DNA of 64,000 bases from Promethearchaeota archaeon (GTDB taxonomy: Archaea; Asgardarchaeota; Lokiarchaeia; Sigyniarchaeales; SOKP01). The stretch is from positions 64,001-128,000 of the forward strand of contig JAUVXW010000005.1 in assembly GCA_030603385.1 (NCBI GenBank), read 5' to 3'. The translations under genes and the position numbers were made by a program. The number at the start of each line of letters is the position of its first letter. The stretch's first letter is position 1. Positions 41,887 to 50,642 of the stretch are shown here, piece after piece. Below the pieces are notes generated by a model. The model searched no databases. It had not been told where the DNA came from and saw only the letters and a program-made list of their open reading frames with translations.

Positions 41887-42181
41887 GAGTTATGATGCTG
41901 AAAAAGAAACGTTTATGGGAGTTCCAAGAAAAAAGATTCCCTGGTGGCCTATAATAGATTATGATAAATGCAACTTTTGCATGGAATGTGATAAATTTTG
42001 CCCACATAATGTATATGCAAAGAATAATGATGAAAAACAACAGCTAATAGTTAAAAATCCATACAATTGTGTAGTATTTTGTCGTGCGTGCGCTAAGACT
42101 TGCGCTCCTGATGCTTTATCATTCCCAGATAAGCGGGAAACGACTAATCTAATAAAGAAGCTTAGAAGTGAAAATAAGTAG
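41879..42181 (+). CDS. 2x[4Fe-4S] ferredoxin
   Basis: CNFCMECDKFCP and CVVFCRACAKTCA. Confidence 0.9.
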   Translation: MSKSYDAEKETFMGVPRKKIPWWPIIDYDKCNFCMECDKFCPHNVYAKNNDEKQQLIVKNPYNCVVFCRACAKTCAPDALSFPDKRETTNLIKKLRSENK

Positions 42182-42193
42182 ATGTGATGCATA

Positions 42194-43078
42194 ATGGATA
42201 AACAGTTATGTGTTTTACCTTGCAACGGTCTAGATAAATCACTAGGGGTAATTGCGAGAGCAGTAGCACTTAATCTAATTGAAAAAAAACTTGATTTTAA
42301 TTTAATTTGTCCAGTTTTGCTGAATACGGGCGATGAGAAATATGAATCTAATTTAAGAGAATCTAGAACTATTGTAATCGATGGTTGTATGACTAGATGT
42401 GCTACAAAACTAATCGAAGAACGAAATCAAAAAATTTACAAACGAATATTTATCCCCGATATGTCAAAAAAATTAAAAATAAAACCTGGGACGAGTTTAA
42501 AATTGAGTGAAAATGCCAAGAAATTAGCTGAAATGATTGCTAAGGGGTTTTTAGAAGAACTAAAAGTAAGCGAAAAAGAAGATATAGTTATCGTAGCTAA
42601 GACAGAAAGGATGGATTTTTTTGATATTACTGTGGACAAATTCTATTTTCAAGTTCCTAAAGAGGGATATTTCTTCAATGAAAACGATTGTTGGATCAAA
42701 CCAGATAGTAATAGAGCTCTAATTGGTATTACAGATTATCTGCAGAATCAGTCAAGTGATATAATGTTTGTAGAATTACCCGAAATTGGTCAAGAAATTG
42801 AACAATTCGATGATGTTGGTTCTTTTGAATCTGTTAAAACAGTATTGCAATTAATATCTCCTGGTTCAGGAAAAATTGTTGCTGTCAATAAAGCGTTAGA
42901 AGAACATCCTGAATGGATGAATCAGGATTGTTATCAGCAAGGATGGTTTGCAGAATTAGAGTTAAAAGATTTTGAGGAGGATAAAGAATTACTTATGGAT
43001 GGTCCAGAATATTTTGAATATATGAAAGAAAAAATATTAAACGAAAAGGAATTATTAGATAAAGAAAAAGAGGATTAA
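42194..43078 (+). CDS. DGC-domain / glycine cleavage H (lipoyl carrier) fusion
   Basis: LPCNG...LIC...IDGCMTRCA (DGC); IGITDY, FVELPEIG, ESVKT lipoyl-Lys, SPGSGKI.AVN, GW (GcvH). Confidence 0.85.
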   Translation: MDKQLCVLPCNGLDKSLGVIARAVALNLIEKKLDFNLICPVLLNTGDEKYESNLRESRTIVIDGCMTRCATKLIEERNQKIYKRIFIPDMSKKLKIKPGTSLKLSENAKKLAEMIAKGFLEELKVSEKEDIVIVAKTERMDFFDITVDKFYFQVPKEGYFFNENDCWIKPDSNRALIGITDYLQNQSSDIMFVELPEIGQEIEQFDDVGSFESVKTVLQLISPGSGKIVAVNKALEEHPEWMNQDCYQQGWFAELELKDFEEDKELLMDGPEYFEYMKEKILNEKELLDKEKED

Positions 43079-43079
43079 G

Positions 43080-43502
43080 ATGAATGAAAAGAAAGTTTAT
43101 ATTGTTCCGTGTAGCGGAATTGGAAAAGTTTTTGGAAGCATTGGTAGAAAAACAGCATATATAGTCGTTAACGAATTAGCGAAGGATAAGACCACTTTAG
43201 AATGCTTACCTTTAATAGTAAATGGTAAAAAGGAAGTCATTGAGGCAATAAAGGAAAATAAAGTAATCGCCTTAGATGGCTGCCCCTTAAAATGTTCTTA
43301 TAATGATTTAATGGAAGCTGTTGGAAAAGTAGATGCTCAGTTTTTGACTACTGATATTGTAAAGGAAAATAAAGATTTAAAACCAGAACCTTCAATTATT
43401 CCAGTTGGAGAAAATACTAAGCAATTGTCGATAAAATTAGCAGAAAAGGTGGCTGCTGAAGTTGATAAATTATTAGAAGAAAACATGGAGAGGGACGATT
43501 AA
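43080..43502 (+). CDS. DGC-domain putative Zn-binding protein
   Basis: VPCSGIG...ECL...ALDGCPLKCS. Confidence 0.85.
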   Translation: MNEKKVYIVPCSGIGKVFGSIGRKTAYIVVNELAKDKTTLECLPLIVNGKKEVIEAIKENKVIALDGCPLKCSYNDLMEAVGKVDAQFLTTDIVKENKDLKPEPSIIPVGENTKQLSIKLAEKVAAEVDKLLEENMERDD

Positions 43503-43922
43503 ATGAAAAAAAAGGTTGGAATTATTGCTTGTAGTGGTGAAAAATTAGTTGGAGGCACTTTAAGTCGCGCAGCTGCGAGAATAGTTGTTGAAAAATTACG
43601 ACCAAATAATACGATTATTTTATGTCAACCCTTATTTATGGCAGGTGGGTTAGAAAGGCATGGTGGGCAACAGGAGAGGGACTTTGCAAAAAATCATCCA
43701 ACGATAACAATAGAAGGATGTGAAGAGGAATGTGCTAAAATTGCTGTTGATAAGTATAGTGGTAAGCCTGCAGCAACCATATATATTCAAGAGATTGCGG
43801 AAACATATCCTGAACTAAAGCCAAAATCCCGTGAAGATTTAGGAGAGGATGGTATGAAACTTGCTGAAATAATTGCTGAAGAAATAGCGAAAAAAGTGGA
43901 TGAATTATTTCAAAGTAAATAA
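43503..43922 (+). CDS. DGC-domain putative Zn-binding protein
   Basis: IACSG...ILCQ...IEGCEEECA. Confidence 0.8.
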   Translation: MKKKVGIIACSGEKLVGGTLSRAAARIVVEKLRPNNTIILCQPLFMAGGLERHGGQQERDFAKNHPTITIEGCEEECAKIAVDKYSGKPAATIYIQEIAETYPELKPKSREDLGEDGMKLAEIIAEEIAKKVDELFQSK

Positions 43923-43962
43923 TAATGAATTGATAAAAATTAAAATTTTTTAGAGTATTTAA

Positions 43963-44688
43963 ATGGAAAGGGATAAAAGTAAAATTAAGATTGGAATTGT
44001 ATCTGATGGAAAATATGGTGAAAGAGCTTTTGAAAACACTAAAAAGCATTTTGATGTAGAATGGATATTAGTCCCAGATATCCCTCCAACAGTTATGTTA
44101 GATGATGACCTTTACTTTGATATCCCGGAGTGCGAGCTTTATTTATCATATGTTCGGCATCCAGATATCATTTTGGAACTAGCTGGACTCCAAAAACCAT
44201 TAATCTTAGGCATAACACCTGGTCTTGGTTTATTAAAGCAAGCTAGAAATATTAATCCTAAAGTAGTTGGTCCTCGAACCATGTGTTCTTTAGAACCGTA
44301 TACAGGAATTCCAGAGATTGATACTTTCGCAAAATATTTTGGAAAACCTCTTTTTGAATTAAATTTAGACAAGGAGACGAAAATTTTAAATGTAACGGTT
44401 TTAAGATCATCCCCATGCGGCTCCTCAGCTGTGGGAGCAAATTTCATGTTAAATAAAAAGTTAAGTAAAAAAATTTTTCAGGATTATGCTTTAATAGTAT
44501 GTCATGAATGTAGAGCTCCTCGTTTTGGTCATACTTGCGATAAAGAAGTATCAGGAATCATTCACATTCTTTCCTTTATAAATTGTATTGATCCTGAAAA
44601 AAGATCCATGTTCAATAATGAGTTGCAAGAATTTATTAAAAATTTGAATCAAGAATACAAAAATAAAACTGAAATGAAAATATTGTGA
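43963..44688 (+). CDS. DUF166-like Cys-rich protein
   Basis: GKYGERA, HPDI, P.TMCSLE, FGKP, VLRSSPCGS, C.A. Confidence 0.7.
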   Translation: MERDKSKIKIGIVSDGKYGERAFENTKKHFDVEWILVPDIPPTVMLDDDLYFDIPECELYLSYVRHPDIILELAGLQKPLILGITPGLGLLKQARNINPKVVGPRTMCSLEPYTGIPEIDTFAKYFGKPLFELNLDKETKILNVTVLRSSPCGSSAVGANFMLNKKLSKKIFQDYALIVCHECRAPRFGHTCDKEVSGIIHILSFINCIDPEKRSMFNNELQEFIKNLNQEYKNKTEMKIL

Positions 44689-44883
44689 AATAAAGTGAGA
44701 GAAGGATTACAGATTTTATATGATTATTTATTAATCAATTATCCAAAATAAAAAGTCGAGAAACTTATTCAGGGCATTTCGAATCCTACTCGATACAGTT
44801 GGATCGTGGAGGAAATAAAAGACTGTCTAAAAAAATTGAAAACACACACAAATCTAAATTTACCTTCTAATTTTCTGTTATTT

Positions 44884-45687
44884 TTATTTGAATTTTTTTT
44901 TCATCCTCATCATTTTAGGAACACCACCTGATTCTGAGAATCTCTTCGGCATCGTTATCCTATGTAATAAATAGTTTAAAGTGAATAATACTAAAATCCA
45001 GACAATTAAGATAACTAGACTTAGTTCGATTGGAATTAGATTGCTTTTATCAATATTATTTCTTAAAAGTTCAGTTAAAAATATAAGTGGTGATAAAAAA
45101 TAGATGAAAGTTACGATAAGAGGGACTTTACTAAGAGGAATGAAAATTCCACTAATAAACAAAATAGGGAATTTTACTAAATTCACAGTGACCATTACAT
45201 CGGACGTCATATCAGTGGGATTTGCTGATATTAAAAGCCCTAAGAGAGAGCCAAGTATTGCCATTAATGAAATTCTAATGAAGATCAGTATCATCGGCAG
45301 AGTAGAAGTTATCAATATGGGGAAGAGAATTAGAAAAATTGTCGTAATAATTGAGGTAACTATGACGGAATATAATGTGGATGCGATAAGGATGCAGAAA
45401 AGTATTTCATTTAAAGAAAGTGGAGCACTTAGTAGTCGTTCCAAGGATTTTTCACGTGTTTCTATGGGTAGTATTACAAGACTAACTGCTGTTGAGGTAA
45501 AAAACGATGTCATTGCGATGATACCAATATATATTTGATTTAGAACCAGATCTCTTCCAAGAATCCAAGATAGCACCATAAAAAAGGGAAACATTAATCC
45601 AAAGATTAAGACAGGTCCCTTTTTCACCTAGAGTGTTAGATTCTTTTTTGATAACATCCAAATGTTTCTTATACTGTTATATTTCAT
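44884..45687 (-). pseudogene. ABC-2 permease, interrupted by TAG at 45628-45630
   Basis: MKYNSIRNIWMLSKKNLTL*VKKGP... is in frame with ORF 45627; ERLLSAPL and FISGIFIP ABC-2 motifs. Confidence 0.7.
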
Positions 45688-45765
45688 ATTGCATCCCTCT
45701 TATTAGATTTTGAATCTTTTTCTATTAAATGAATAAATACATCTTCTAAGGCGGTTTCCTTATTT
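45684..45765 (-). pseudogene. C-terminal remnant of an ABC ATPase
   Basis: KETALEDVFIHLIEKD...* with ATGA overlap onto the permease start; the rest of the gene is missing. Confidence 0.55.
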
Positions 45766-45926
45766 TACGTTGTACGTTAAAATATTTGGATGCTGAACAA
45801 CCTAATCAATAACCAGCTTTATATTTTTAGCCTTTCTTACAAAAAGCCATATTGTAGATTTATCGACTAAAGATTAGAAGTCATATTATAAATAATAATA
45901 AAAAAAAAGTAAATTTAGCTTATTTT

Positions 45927-46223
45927 TTATATGTTGATAATACTATCATTTGCTAAAACGATATCAATGAGTTCTCCATAATCCTTCAATTCTACATTAT
46001 CGAAGACAACTTTATTTAATCCACGAATATTGACATCATCTTTACATGCAATTACTTTTATCCCTTGATTTAGCGCGTCTGATGTTTCTTTCACGGTTTT
46101 ATTAGCTAAATAAACTGCATTTTGTAGTAAACATATGGTTTTATCATCTTCTTTATTCTCTAAAACAAGCTCCAATCCTGTTTTATCTTGACTAGTTATA
46201 AAATAAACTATTTTTTTCCCCAT
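45927..46223 (-). CDS. DsrH/TusB-like sulfur-relay protein
   Basis: LLQNAVY, DDVNIRG, DYGELID; third gene of a DsrEFH-like triad. Confidence 0.8.
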   Translation of the reverse strand: MGKKIVYFITSQDKTGLELVLENKEDDKTICLLQNAVYLANKTVKETSDALNQGIKVIACKDDVNIRGLNKVVFDNVELKDYGELIDIVLANDSIINI

Positions 46224-46235
46224 TTTTTTTCCCTC

Positions 46236-46580
46236 TTAAAATGTAATTGCTAAATCACAATCTGCGAGTATTTTTAGAACCTCATCGTGTTCTTTTACAC
46301 TCACATCTTCAATCAAATCGTCTGTAGAGAGAGCTCGGTCATCAAGAGATTTTTTATCGATAATTATATCTAAGTCAATACTTTTTAGAAAATCCATATG
46401 TGGTTGATACATAGTTTTATCAACGTCTTTTATAAAAGCAAATACCGCATCATTAATTACTAACGTTATTGGCTCAAAATCACCACTAACAGCGACAGAC
46501 ATTCTTAACCCTTCAACAGGATATAAAGTTCCATGAGGTGGTTGCTTTAAAATTATAATTACATTTTTTTCTTCCGACAT
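46236..46580 (-). CDS. DsrF/TusC-like protein
   Basis: PPHGT..PVEGLR, DAVF, SL.DR.L. Confidence 0.8.
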   Translation of the reverse strand: MSEEKNVIIILKQPPHGTLYPVEGLRMSVAVSGDFEPITLVINDAVFAFIKDVDKTMYQPHMDFLKSIDLDIIIDKKSLDDRALSTDDLIEDVSVKEHDEVLKILADCDLAITF

Positions 46581-46594
46581 TTATTTTTCACCTT

Positions 46595-46966
46595 TTAAGA
46601 AACCACAATTAATTTATCAGTAAGCTCAATTATCTTAGCTAAGTCAGGGGTTCCCGCTCGTTTAATATCCGCATCACCACATTCTTTTCTATCTAAGCAA
46701 TTCTTCATGGTACCTCTTACAAGTAAGCATAAATTACACAACCTTACTACGGCGCCTTTATCGAGGATTTCTCTAAAGCCCTCTTCGATATTATAAATGC
46801 CTTCTATTTTTTTCTGATTACGCAAAACTGCATTCACCGCATCCATATAGCAAAAAATCCGAACATCATGACCTTTATCTAAAGCAGCATTAGCTAGTTT
46901 ACACACAGTTTCAGCTGCTTGAGTTTGATATGGCCCAGAAAAAAATAAGATACCTAATTTTGCCAT
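46595..46966 (-). CDS. DsrE/TusD-like sulfurtransferase
   Basis: SGPY, AALDKGH, FCYMDAV, LCNLCLLVRG. Confidence 0.85.
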   Translation of the reverse strand: MAKLGILFFSGPYQTQAAETVCKLANAALDKGHDVRIFCYMDAVNAVLRNQKKIEGIYNIEEGFREILDKGAVVRLCNLCLLVRGTMKNCLDRKECGDADIKRAGTPDLAKIIELTDKLIVVS

Positions 46967-46984
46967 CTGATTTCATCTCTTATA

Positions 46985-48043
46985 TTATTTCCGCATAAAA
47001 AGTAAATAAGCCATCAACCAACAACCTAGGATAATGAATGCACCAGATAATAGGCTTCCGAGAGAAAGCTGTGGAAAACCGCTTAAAATGTTACCTATAT
47101 TGCATCCCATAGCTATGATTGCTCCAATTCCCATCGCTAATCCACCAATAAATTGAATCAAGATAGTTTTTGCCTGTTTAGGGGTTCTCAACTTGAATTC
47201 TTTTGCAATAATCGCACTAATAAAAGCACCAATAACAATCCCTATTACTAACCATGTTTCCCAACCTAATGCTGAATTAACACCTGTATTCCAGAATTTA
47301 TTCCAGCCGACCCAACCACCTGTAATCCCTAAAGGATAATTTCGACCAGCTGCCGCTGAAGTCACATAAGCAAACAATGCTATTATTCCTATTGCAACTG
47401 CAGTTACAGCCCAATGCCATCCTTGTTTGAAAGTTTTTTGCCCAAAATTGGAAAAATCAAGCATGGGTTTATTTTCTCTTTTTTTTGCTCGTAATTCACG
47501 CCATATCCAAAAATAAGCAATTAAAGCAATTCCTGCTATACCAATGATTAACATAAATATTGGTGTGAGATCTCCAAAAAGTGTAAGTGCAGTGTTATCT
47601 GAGTAGGTAATTTTTGTACTATCTTGTAATTCTTTAGCTATGGGGTTAAGTGCTCCAACTTTCGTAAAATAAGCACCACCTGCAAACCCTAATAAAGCAA
47701 CTAGTGAACCCATCATACCTTCTCCTACTCGATATGTAGTTCCACTTGCGCATCCAGCGGCTAAGACCATTCCGACTCCGAAAATTAACCCTCCGATAAT
47801 GTTAGCACCCCATGCAAAATGCTTAGGATTTAAGGTAATTATGTCCGCAAATGACATTATTGCAAAACCTAACATTGACACAAGTATTGCTAGTGCTACT
47901 GATTTTGCTAATTTGTACTCTTTTAATAATATAATATCTCTAAAAGCAGAATTCATGCAAAACCTTCCTCGCTGTAATACAAATCCAAAAATAATTCCTA
48001 AAATTAATCCAGGAATTAACGCATACTCTATATCTATTGCCAT
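46985..48043 (-). CDS. YeeE/YedE family thiosulfate/sulfur(selenium) transporter
   Basis: LQRGRFCM, GMVLAAGCASG, AMGCNIG: three conserved Cys loops. Confidence 0.92.
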   Translation of the reverse strand: MAIDIEYALIPGLILGIIFGFVLQRGRFCMNSAFRDIILLKEYKLAKSVALAILVSMLGFAIMSFADIITLNPKHFAWGANIIGGLIFGVGMVLAAGCASGTTYRVGEGMMGSLVALLGFAGGAYFTKVGALNPIAKELQDSTKITYSDNTALTLFGDLTPIFMLIIGIAGIALIAYFWIWRELRAKKRENKPMLDFSNFGQKTFKQGWHWAVTAVAIGIIALFAYVTSAAAGRNYPLGITGGWVGWNKFWNTGVNSALGWETWLVIGIVIGAFISAIIAKEFKLRTPKQAKTILIQFIGGLAMGIGAIIAMGCNIGNILSGFPQLSLGSLLSGAFIILGCWLMAYLLFMRK

Positions 48044-48056
48044 TTTTTCTTTTCAC

Positions 48057-48290
48057 CTATTTTATTTTAACTAATATTTTCCATTCAGAAGCTCCAACTT
48101 TGTCAGTTGAAAGAACTTCATTTCCCATTGATTTCATTGTTTCAGGAATTCTTTCTGCTGAAAGAGGATAATCTATCAAGATTTCTAGAACTTCTCCTGA
48201 ATTCATTTTTTTAGCTTTCCTCTTACTTTTGACATCAGGGTAGGGACAAACCTCCCCTCTACAATCTAATGTTTCTGTAACATCAACCAT
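48057..48290 (-). CDS. tusA: TusA/SirA/YeeD sulfur carrier
   Basis: LDCRGEVCPYP, GEVLEILID. Confidence 0.9.
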   Translation of the reverse strand: MVDVTETLDCRGEVCPYPDVKSKRKAKKMNSGEVLEILIDYPLSAERIPETMKSMGNEVLSTDKVGASEWKILVKIK

Positions 48291-48328
48291 TTTTTTTCAC
48301 TTTTTTATACTTTTTTATCAATTTTTAG

Positions 48329-48549
48329 TTACAATTTGTAAATTGATAAAATAAACAATATTAAGAAATTTATAAAGATTTCTTAATATTGAGTATGGTG
48401 GTAAAAGTAGCGTATATATCTAGTAATATATCTTTTTTAAATCTTTACATTTCTTAATGTATTCGTATAAATTCACTTACAAAATGTAACATCATAATCA
48501 AAATTTTGAATATAAGGGATCCATTAATAAATTATATTACAATTTGTAA
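48329..48549. promoter_or_regulatory. Three palindromic TTACA-N3-TGTAA operators plus a 14-bp inverted repeat in the divergent tusA/lrp promoter
   Basis: TTACAATTTGTAA 48329-48341, TTACAAAATGTAA 48477-48489, TTACAATTTGTAA 48537-48549; CAATATTAAGAAAT/ATTTCTTAATATTG 48356-48391. Confidence 0.75.
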
Positions 48550-48578
48550 CTTAAATAAAAAGAAATTCTTATGGAAAA

Positions 48579-49187
48579 ATGGATGAAATTAAGCAATTTA
48601 AAAAAATTTTAAAGCTAGATAAAATGAACATTGAAATTTTCAAGTCTTTAACTGAAGATGGAAAGATAAATTATTCAAGAATCGGAAAAAAATTTGGTGT
48701 ATCTCATGTTGCTATAAAAAACCGGTATGAAAACCTAATAAAAAAAAATATTATTAAACCAAGCCTGTTAGTTAATTTTTCAAAGTTAGATTTCAAATTA
48801 GCAATTTTATTATTAGAATTAGAAACTGAGAGTCATGACAAAATAAAAGATACCTATTCTAAATGTCCCAGAGTTTTATTCTCTTTTAATTTAATAGGTG
48901 AATATAATCATCTTTTAGTATTTTTTGCTGAAAATTTAGGAACTATAGAAACAATTTTTAATTCCTGTATGCTATATAATTTGAAGGGTGTGAGAAAGTC
49001 GAATATCCTAATATTTGGAAGTTTAAAAGAGGATCTCTTTTTACCTTTAAATTTATCTCAACTTGCCCAACAAAATGAAAATACTCCATGTGGAACTTGT
49101 TGCAAGTTTTGTAAATCTTTTATTCAAGGTCAATGCATTGGTTGTCCAGCATCAAAATATTACAAGGGACCATTAAAAATAATCTAA
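48579..49187 (+). CDS. Lrp/AsnC regulator with C-terminal Cys-rich motif
   Basis: LDKMN.EI...DGKINYS.IG..FGVS HTH; RAM-like domain GEYN; CGTCCKFC...CIGCP. Confidence 0.85.
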   Translation: MDEIKQFKKILKLDKMNIEIFKSLTEDGKINYSRIGKKFGVSHVAIKNRYENLIKKNIIKPSLLVNFSKLDFKLAILLLELETESHDKIKDTYSKCPRVLFSFNLIGEYNHLLVFFAENLGTIETIFNSCMLYNLKGVRKSNILIFGSLKEDLFLPLNLSQLAQQNENTPCGTCCKFCKSFIQGQCIGCPASKYYKGPLKII

Positions 49188-49283
49188 TTCAGATAAAAAA
49201 TTGTTTATTTAAACAAAAAAATTAAACCTTTAGGATTAAAACCTATATATTTTTTGTTAGGTAAAGCTGTTTTTACTTTTTTG

Positions 49284-50003
49284 TTAAACGTTTTTATTTT
49301 TTAATCTTTTTTTCTTTACTGCTCGAATCTTATACAATTCAACATATAAATGACGACCCATTATCTTCCTATATTTACATTTCACTACTCCTTTTTGTAT
49401 TAAATCATCAGGTATGCTTTCTTTTGTAATTATTCCCTTATTATCATCTTTTTTATGAACATATTCATAAATCCATAAAGGAATCTTTTTTGCAGTTCCA
49501 TACCCTAATTTATCATATACTAAATCGATAAATTCCTTTCTATCTGTACCTTGAATTTCACACGAGGCATTGACAAGTTTATTAATCGCTAATTGCCCTG
49601 GTTGAAATTTATTATATATTTTTTTTACTTCAACATTGTAATTTTTGACAGATGGAGAGTTATTGCATTGTTCAACAATAGCATCCCTCAGTATATTAGT
49701 AAATTTTTTGCTTAATTTTAATACTCTATAAACTTTTACGACTCGAGAATTACTATCCACTAACACTAATTTCAGCTTTTTTGGATAATTTTTCTGTAAA
49801 TTTATTTGATTCTTATTGTGTTCTATTTCTTGATAGAGACAATTTGAATATGTAACATCACTCCAATCCAAATTTCCGATTTTAAATACAAGAAAAATTA
49901 CATGTGGTCTTACAATAAGTTTAAGTATTATTTTCCCTGATTTATATGCTTTAATTTCTTGTTTTGTTGGATATTTCATACCAACAATTAGATTACTATT
50001 CAT
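49284..50003 (-). CDS. Hypothetical protein
   Basis: 239-aa ORF, no recognised motif. Confidence 0.55.
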   Translation of the reverse strand: MNSNLIVGMKYPTKQEIKAYKSGKIILKLIVRPHVIFLVFKIGNLDWSDVTYSNCLYQEIEHNKNQINLQKNYPKKLKLVLVDSNSRVVKVYRVLKLSKKFTNILRDAIVEQCNNSPSVKNYNVEVKKIYNKFQPGQLAINKLVNASCEIQGTDRKEFIDLVYDKLGYGTAKKIPLWIYEYVHKKDDNKGIITKESIPDDLIQKGVVKCKYRKIMGRHLYVELYKIRAVKKKRLKNKNV

Positions 50004-50175
50004 GTAATCTAATTCTATAAAATTTTTATACCAAGGAAGGTTCCTATGAATTTCTTCAATTGAATTATCCTCTATTATCCATCACTTTCTAGGCTCTATA
50101 TTAAATGAGTAATATTCATTTAAATAATGGCAAATCTGATGCTTTTTAGCTTAGAATATTATACTCATTTATAAT

Positions 50176-50190
50176 GTTACAAAATGTAAC
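50176..50190. promoter_or_regulatory. Fourth TTACA-N3-TGTAA operator
   Basis: GTTACAAAATGTAAC about 100 nt upstream of the 50288 operon. Confidence 0.7.
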
Positions 50191-50287
50191 TTAAATGCTT
50201 AATATTCTTACAAATTAATAAAATATAAATTTAGATTTAAATTAAATATTTTTATATAATACTAATTACAAATATGGTTTTGTAGTT

Positions 50288-50617
50288 ATGAATGTGTCCT
50301 TTTCAAATAAAGCAAAGGAATATACTAAAAAAAAAAGAATTATCAATCTTTTAGTAAAAATTTCATTTTTTACACAAGGTTGCATTCATATTTATGAACC
50401 CAAATTGGAACCAATTCCAAATGATAAATTAGGAAATTTTCAGAAAAATAAAAGACTTGTAGTTAATGGAATTAATATATATTTCTCAGATCAGTATATA
50501 GAGACATATAACACCCAAAAAGAGCTCTATATAGATTTACAGAAATTCCCAAAACAAAAACTTATATTGAAAAATCTCGAGCCAATTATAATTCAGACAT
50601 GCAAATTGGATAAATAA
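50288..50617 (+). CDS. Small HesB/IscA-like-fold hypothetical protein
   Basis: MNVSFSNKAKEY...QGC...P...VNGINIYF pattern. Confidence 0.5.
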   Translation: MNVSFSNKAKEYTKKKRIINLLVKISFFTQGCIHIYEPKLEPIPNDKLGNFQKNKRLVVNGINIYFSDQYIETYNTQKELYIDLQKFPKQKLILKNLEPIIIQTCKLDK

Positions 50618-50642
50618 ATAAGAACAATTAAAAACCCATAAA

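Noticed and set aside
44772-44810. TTCGAATCC as a tRNA T-loop or att-site remnant
   Set aside because: Flanks do not form a T-stem or cloverleaf; no integrase nearby.
45628-45630. In-frame TAG in the ABC permease as possible pyrrolysine
   Set aside because: Not a catalytic position, the partner ATPase is reduced to a stub, and the MttB in this window is non-Pyl; simple decay is more likely.
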